From: the human T2T-CHM13v2.0 reference genome, Homo sapiens
Assembly: GCF_009914755.1 (NCBI RefSeq)
Contig: NC_060940.1
DNA: 64,000 nt
Direction: 5' to 3' (one strand)
Positions 57,801-64,000 of this stretch are shown here, in pieces. Made by a program: the position numbers and the translations under genes. Within the stretch, counting starts at the first letter, position 1; every line of letters starts with the position of its first letter. Under the pieces are notes generated by a model. That model was given only the letters and a program-made list of their open reading frames with translations, did not search any database and was not told the origin of the DNA.

Positions 57801-60800
57801 ATTCCATTCGATCACTCCATTCTATTCCATTTGATGATGATTACATTCGATTCCATTTGATGATTCCATCTGATTCTATTCGAGGATTCCATTTGATTCC
57901 ATTCGATGATGATTCCATTCGAGTCCATTCGATGATTTCATTCGAGTACATCCAATGATTCCATTCGTGTCCATTTGATGATTCCATTTGTTTCCATTTG
58001 ATTATGATTCTACTAGAGTCCATTCAATGACTCCATTCGAGTGCATTCAACAATTCCATTCGACTCCATTCGATGATTGCATTCGATTCCATTTGATGAT
58101 TCCATTCGAGTCCATTTAATCATTACAGTCGAGTCCATTTGGTGATTCCACTGGATTTCTTTTGATAATGATACCATTCCATTACATTTGATGATGATCC
58201 CATTCAATTTCATTTGATGATGATTCCCTTAGAGTCCATTCGATGATTTCATTCGAGTCCTTTCATTGATTCCATCCGATTTCATTTGATGATGACTCCA
58301 TTCGAGTCCATTCGATGATTCCACTCGATTCCATTAGATGATTCCATTGGAGTCCATTTCATTGTTCCATTCGATTCCATTCGATTCCTTTCGAAGATTA
58401 TTCCATTTGAGTCCATTCGATGATGATTACATTCCATTCCATTCGATGATTCCATTTGATTCCATTTGATGATTCCCTTCGATTCCTTTCTTTGATGACT
58501 GCATTCCATTCCATTCAATGTTTCCATTCGAATCTATTCCATGATGATTCCATTCGATTCCATTCGCTGATGTTTCCGTTCAATTCCATTCGATGATGAT
58601 TCCATTCGATTCCATTCATTGAGGATTCCATTTGATTCCATTCAATGATGATTCCGTTCTATTCCATTCAATGATTGCATTCAATTCCATTCAATGATTA
58701 TCCCATTAGAGTAAACTCAACGATTCCATTCAATACCATTCGATGATGATTCCTTTTGAGTTCATTCAATGATTTCATTCAAGTCCATTTGATGATTCCT
58801 TTCAATTCCATTCTATGATGATTCCATTCGAGTCCATTCGATGATTCCATTCGATTGCATTCCATGATTCCATTATATTCCATTCAACGGTGATTCCATT
58901 CGAGTCCATTCGATGATTCCATTAGAGTACATTTAATGATTGCTTTGTTTTCAATTCGAAGATGATTACATTCGATTCCATTCTATGATACCATTCGATT
59001 CCATTCAATGATGATTCCACTCAAATCCATTGGATGATTCCATTCGTGTCCATTCGGTGATTTCATTAGATTCCATTCGAGGATGATTCCTTTCGATTCC
59101 ATTCGATGATTCCATTCAATTCCATTCGATGATGATTCCATTCGAGTCCATATGATCATTCCATTTGATTTCATTCGATGATGATTCCATTCGATTCCAT
59201 TCGATGATTCCATTCTATTCCTTTCGATGATGATTCCATTCGAGTCCATTCGATGATTCCATTCGAGTCCATTTAATGATTCCATTGGGTTCAATTCGAT
59301 GATGATTACATTGGATTCCGTTCTATGATTCCATTCAATTCCGTTCATTGACAATTTGATTCCATTCGATGATGATTCCATTTGAGTTCATTCGATGATT
59401 CTATTCGATTCTCTTCGATGGTGATTCAATTATATTATATTGGATGATGCCATTCGATTCCATTTGATGTTGATTCAATTCGATTCTATTCGATGATGAT
59501 TCCATTGGATTTCACTTGATGATTCTATTCGATTCCATTCAATGATGATTCACTTCTCGTCCATTGGATGGTTCCATTTCATTCCATTCGATGATGATTC
59601 CATTCGATTCCATTCGATGATTCCATTTGATTCCATTCGACGGTGACCAATTCGATTCAATTCCATGATGATTCTATTTGATTCAATTAGATGATGTTTC
59701 CATTCGAATCCATTCCATGATTATTCCATTGGAATCCATTCGGCGATGATTCCATATGAGTCAATTCAATGATGATTCCATATGGGTCCGTTCGATGATA
59801 ATTCCATTTGATTTCATTCGATGCTTCTATTCAATTCCAGTTGATGATGATTCCGTTGGAGTCCATACGATGATTCCATTTGATTTCATTTGATGATGAT
59901 TCCATTCGATTCCATTCGATGATGATTACATTGGATTCCATTCTATGATTCCATTCAATTCCATTCGTTGATGATTCGATTCCATTCAATGATGATTCCA
60001 TTTGAGTTCATTCGATGATTCTATTCGATTCCGTTCGATGGTGATTCAATTCTCTTATATTGGATGATTCCCCTCGATTCCATTTGATGATTATTCCATT
60101 GGAGTCCACTTAGTGAATCCTTTAGATTCTACTCGAAGATGATTCCATTCGAGTCCATTCGATGGTACCATTCAATTCCATTCGTTGATGCTTCCATTCA
60201 AGTGCATTCGATGATATCATTCGATTCCATTTGATGATAATTCCATTTGATTCCATGCGATGATTCTATTCGATTCCATTCAATGATAATTCCATTCAAT
60301 TCAGTGATTCCTCTGGACTCCATTTGATGATGATTCCATTCAATGATTCCATTCGATTCTATTCGAAAATGATTCCATTTGAATCCATTTGATGATGATT
60401 CCATTAGATTCCATTTGATGATTCTATTCGATTCCATTCGACGATGATTCCATTCGATTCCATTTGATGATTCCATTCTATTCTATTCGATGATGATTCC
60501 ATTCGATTCCATTCGATGATGATTGGATTCGATTCCATTTGATGATTTCATTTGATTCCATTCGATAATGATTTTGATCAATTCCATTCGATGATTCCAT
60601 TCGATTCCATTCGATAATGATTACATCCGAGTCCATTCGATGATTCCATTTGAGCCCGTTCGATAATTCCATTTGAGTCCAATCAATGATTGCATTCATT
60701 TCCATTCAATGATTCCATTCGAGTCCATTTGATCATTCCGGTAGGGTCCGTTCGATGTTGATTCCATTGGAGTGCATTCGATGATTCCATTCGAGTCCAA

Positions 60801-62600
60801 TTTATGATTTGGTTCGAGTCCTTTCGATGATTCCATTCGATTCCACTCGATGATGATTTCATTCGAGTCCATTCGACACTTCCAATCGATTCCATTTGAT
60901 GTTTCCTTTCGAGTCCAATTGATGATTCCATTCAATTCCATTCGATGATGATTCCGTACGATTCCACTCTGTGATGATTCCAAGTGATTGCATTCAATGA
61001 TGATTCCTTTCGATTGCATTCGATTATGATTCATTTCGTGTTCATTCTATGGTTCTACAGGTTTCCATTCGTGTCCATTCCATTATTCCATTCTATTCCA
61101 TTTGATGATGATTCCATTCGATTCCATTCATTGGTGATTCCACTCAATTCCATTCAATGATTCCATTCCATTTCTTTCAACAATGATTCCATTAGTTTCT
61201 AATCGATGATCCACTTGGTTCCATTTGACGACGATTCCATTCTTGTCCATTCGATGATTCCATTTGATTCCATATGATGATGATTCCATTCGATTCCATA
61301 CCATGATGATTCCATTCGAGTCCATTCAATGGTGATTCCATTCAATTCCATTCGATGATTCCTTTCGATTCCATTCAATGATGATGGCATTCGATTCCTT
61401 TCAATCATTCCCTTTGATTCCATTCAAAGGTGATTTCATTCAAGTCCATTCGATAATTGCATTGGATTCCATTCTATGATGATTCCATTCGAGTCCATTT
61501 GATGATTCCATTCAATTCAAGTCAATGATGATTCCATTCAATTCCATTCGATGATTCCATTGGATTCCATTCGATGATGATTCCATTCAAATCCATTCGA
61601 TAATTCAATTCAAGTCCATTCGATGATGATTCCAATCGAATCCATTCAAAGATTCCATTCTGTTCCATTCGATGATTCCCTTAGATTCCATTCGATGATT
61701 CCACTTGATTGCATTTACGATGATTCCATTCGATTCCATGTGATGATTCCATTCAATTCTATTCAATGATGTCTCCATTTGATTCCATTCGACCATGATT
61801 GCCTTTGATTCCATTCAATGATTCCATTCGGTTCCGTTTGATGATGATTCCGTTCGATTCCATTTGATGATTCCATTTGATTCCATTGGATGAGTCCATT
61901 CGATTACATTCGATGATTATTCCATTCGAGTGCATTAGATGATTCCATTCGAGTCCATTCGATGATTCCATTCGATTCCATTCGATGTTGATTCTGTTCA
62001 AATCCATTCGATGATTCCACTCGATTCCATTCGTTGACTCCATTTGATCCCATTTGATGATTTCCTTTGATTCCCTTTGATGATCATTCCATTTGATTCA
62101 ATTCGGTGATTTCATTTGATTCCATTCAGTGATGTTTCCATTCGACTCCATTCGATGATGATTCCATTCGACTCCATTCGATTATGATTTCATTCAATTC
62201 CATTCGATAATGATTCCCTTCGAGTCCATTCGATGATTCCATTCGATTCCATTCAACGATGATTTGATTCGTGTCCATTCGATGATTCCATTTGATTCCA
62301 CTTGACGATGATTCCATTCGAGTCCATTTGATGATTCCATTCAATTCCATACTCCGATGATTTCTTTTGAGCCCACTCAATGCTTCCACTCGATTCCATA
62401 TGATGATGACTCCATTCGATGAAATTCGATGATGATTCCATTCGCTTGCTTTCGATGATGATTCCACTTGAGTCCGTTAGAAGATTCTATTCAATTACAT
62501 TCCATGACGATTCCGTTCGAGTCCATTTGATGATTCCATTAGACTCCATTCGACGATGATTCCATTCGATGTTATTCCATGATTCCATTCGATCTCATTC
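50300..62600 (+). repeat. Tandem duplication with 6122-bp period (boundaries approximate)
   Basis: Dozens of variants are found only at x and x+6122 (e.g. ORFs 51719/57841, 52861/58983, 54356/60478, 55483/61605). Confidence 0.8.
54841..60962 (+). repeat. HSat2 monomer 10 (6122 bp, divergent variant)
   Basis: Landmark recurs at 60963. Same +10 bp (~59898-59917) and largely the same diagnostic variants as monomer 9. Confidence 0.93.
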
Positions 62601-64000
62601 GATGATGATTCCATTCAACTCCATTCGATGTTTCCATTCGAGTTCATTCTATTATTCCATTAGATTCCATTCGATGATGATTCCATTCGATTCCATTTGA
62701 TGATTGCATTCTATTTCATTTGATGATGATTCCATTCGAGTCCACTCGATGATTCCATTCGAGTCCATTTAATGAATCCATTGGTTTCAATTCTATGATG
62801 ATTACGTTGGATTACATTCGTTGATGATTTCATTCGGTTCCATTCAATGATGATTCCATTCAATTCCTTTCAATGTTTCCATTCAATTCCATACGATGAT
62901 GATTCCATTTGATTTGATTCGACAGTGAGCCATTCGATTCAATTCCATGATGATTCTATTTGATTCAATTGGTTGACATTTCCATTCGATTCCATTCGAT
63001 GATGATTCCCTTTGATTCCGTTCAAAGATGATTCCATTCTAGCCCATTCAATCATTCCATTCGATTCTATTCAATGATGATTCCATTCATGTCGATTTGG
63101 TGATTCCATTTGACTTCATTTGATGATGATTCCTTTCAAGTTCATTAGATGATTCCATTCGATTCCATTTGATGATGATCCCATTCGAGTCCATTCAGTG
63201 ATTCCATTCGTTTCCATTCCATGATGATTCCATTCCTTTCCATTCAATGATTCCATTCGATTCCGTTTGATGATGATTTCATTCGAGTCCATTTGATGAT
63301 TCCATTTGATTCCATTCGATGATGATTCCATTCGAGTCCATTCGATGATTCTATTCGAATCCATTTGATGATTTCTTTTGATTATTTTTGGTGATGATTC
63401 CATTGGAGTCCATTCAATGATTCCATTCTATTCCAATCGATGATGATTCCATTAGAGTCCATTTAATGATTCCATTTGATTCCAGTCTCTGATGATTACA
63501 TTCGAGTCCATACGATGATTCCACTCAATTCCATATGATGATGATTCCATTTGATTCCATTCGGTGATTCCATTCTATTCTATTCAATGGTGATTCCATT
63601 CGAGTACATTAGATGATTCCATTCGATTCCATTCAATGATGATTCTATTTGTGTCCCTTAGATGATTCCACATGATTCCATTACATGATGATACTATTTG
63701 AGCCCATCCAATGATTCCCTTCGATTCCATTCGATGAGGATTCCATTCGATTCAATTCATTGGTGATTCTATTCAATTCAATTCTTTGATTCCATTCCAT
63801 TCCATTCGACAATGATTCCATTCGATTTCTTTCGATGATTCCACTCGATTCCACTTGACATTGATTCCATTCGATTCCATTCAATGATTCCATTTGATTC
63901 CAGTGGATGATGATTGCCATCGATTCCATTCGATCACTCCATTCTATTCCATTTGATGATGATTACATTCGATTCCATTTGATGATTCCATCTGATTCTA
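60963..64000 (+). repeat. HSat2 monomer 11 (partial, truncated by window end)
   Basis: Colinear with positions 1 to ~3038 of monomer 1 (ORF 63681..63929 corresponds to 2719..2967). Confidence 0.92.

Larger units (their letters stand above)
1..64000 (+). repeat. Human satellite 2 (HSat2/HSATII) pericentromeric tandem array, CATTC strand on +; probably HSat2B (chr16q11.2-type, ~6.1 kb period)
   Basis: The sequence consists throughout of diverged CATTC pentamers arranged as CATTCGATTC/CATTCGAGTC decamers interrupted by GATGAT/GATGATGAT, the HSat2 signature (HSat3 is dominated by plain (CATTC)n). Unique landmarks and the ORF track recur every ~6.1 kb. The subfamily and chromosome assignment rests on the known ~6.1 kb HSat2B period and is less certain than the family call. 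Confidence 0.96.

Noticed and set aside
166-63929. Many minus-strand ORFs of 60-132 aa
   Set aside because: They are low-complexity translations of the satellite (MESS/NGII/EWN motifs in shifting frames). They overlap each other, are gained and lost by single SNVs between monomers, and show no recognisable domain.
1-64000. CRISPR-like array of 23-26 bp repeats
   Set aside because: The repeats are contiguous and degenerate, with no unique spacers, no leader and no cas genes.
1-64000. HSat3 or alpha-satellite assignment
   Set aside because: There are no long pure (CATTC)n runs, no 171-bp period and no evident CENP-B box. The CATTCGATTC plus GATGAT pattern is HSat2.
1-64000. Embedded transposon (Alu/L1/LTR), unique-sequence insert or inversion
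   Set aside because: Monomer lengths are fully explained by small indels of 49 bp or less. I saw no poly(A) tail, GC-rich segment or switch to GAATG on the + strand.
1-64000. Heat-shock elements (nGAAn) on the minus strand
   Set aside because: The GAA units are mostly direct repeats rather than the alternating inverted arrays of a canonical HSE, so this cannot be supported from sequence alone.
1-64000. A novel gene-based biological system
   Set aside because: Nothing in the window departs from satellite sequence. The novelty I can support is limited to array structure and variant motifs.

Overview
The whole 64 kb window is one uninterrupted, single-orientation array of CATTC-derived classical satellite of the human satellite 2 (HSat2/HSATII) type. 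It is built from diverged 23-bp and 26-bp elements (GATGATTCCATTCGA[T/G]TCCATTC, with or without an extra GAT). These form a ~6.1 kb tandem monomer, present as 10 full copies plus a partial 11th. Monomer lengths measured from a shared landmark are 6112, 6078, 6078, 6059, 6108, 6063, 6108, 6112, 6122 and 6122 bp. A ~6.1 kb period is characteristic of the HSat2B array in the chromosome 16 pericentromere, which is the most likely origin (inference). I found no genes, RNA genes, transposon insertions, inversions or CRISPR arrays, and all listed ORFs are translation artefacts of the GGAAT-rich strand. I found no new protein-coding system. The informative signal is array architecture: a recent 6,078-bp tandem duplication, a 12,171-bp dimer duplication with a junction mappable to 48 bp, an older 6,122-bp duplication of a divergent variant, chimeric monomers, short patches shared at long range, relic internal duplications within the monomer, and a DUX4-like motif whose copy number differs between monomer variants. 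All comparisons were made by eye, so difference counts are minimums.
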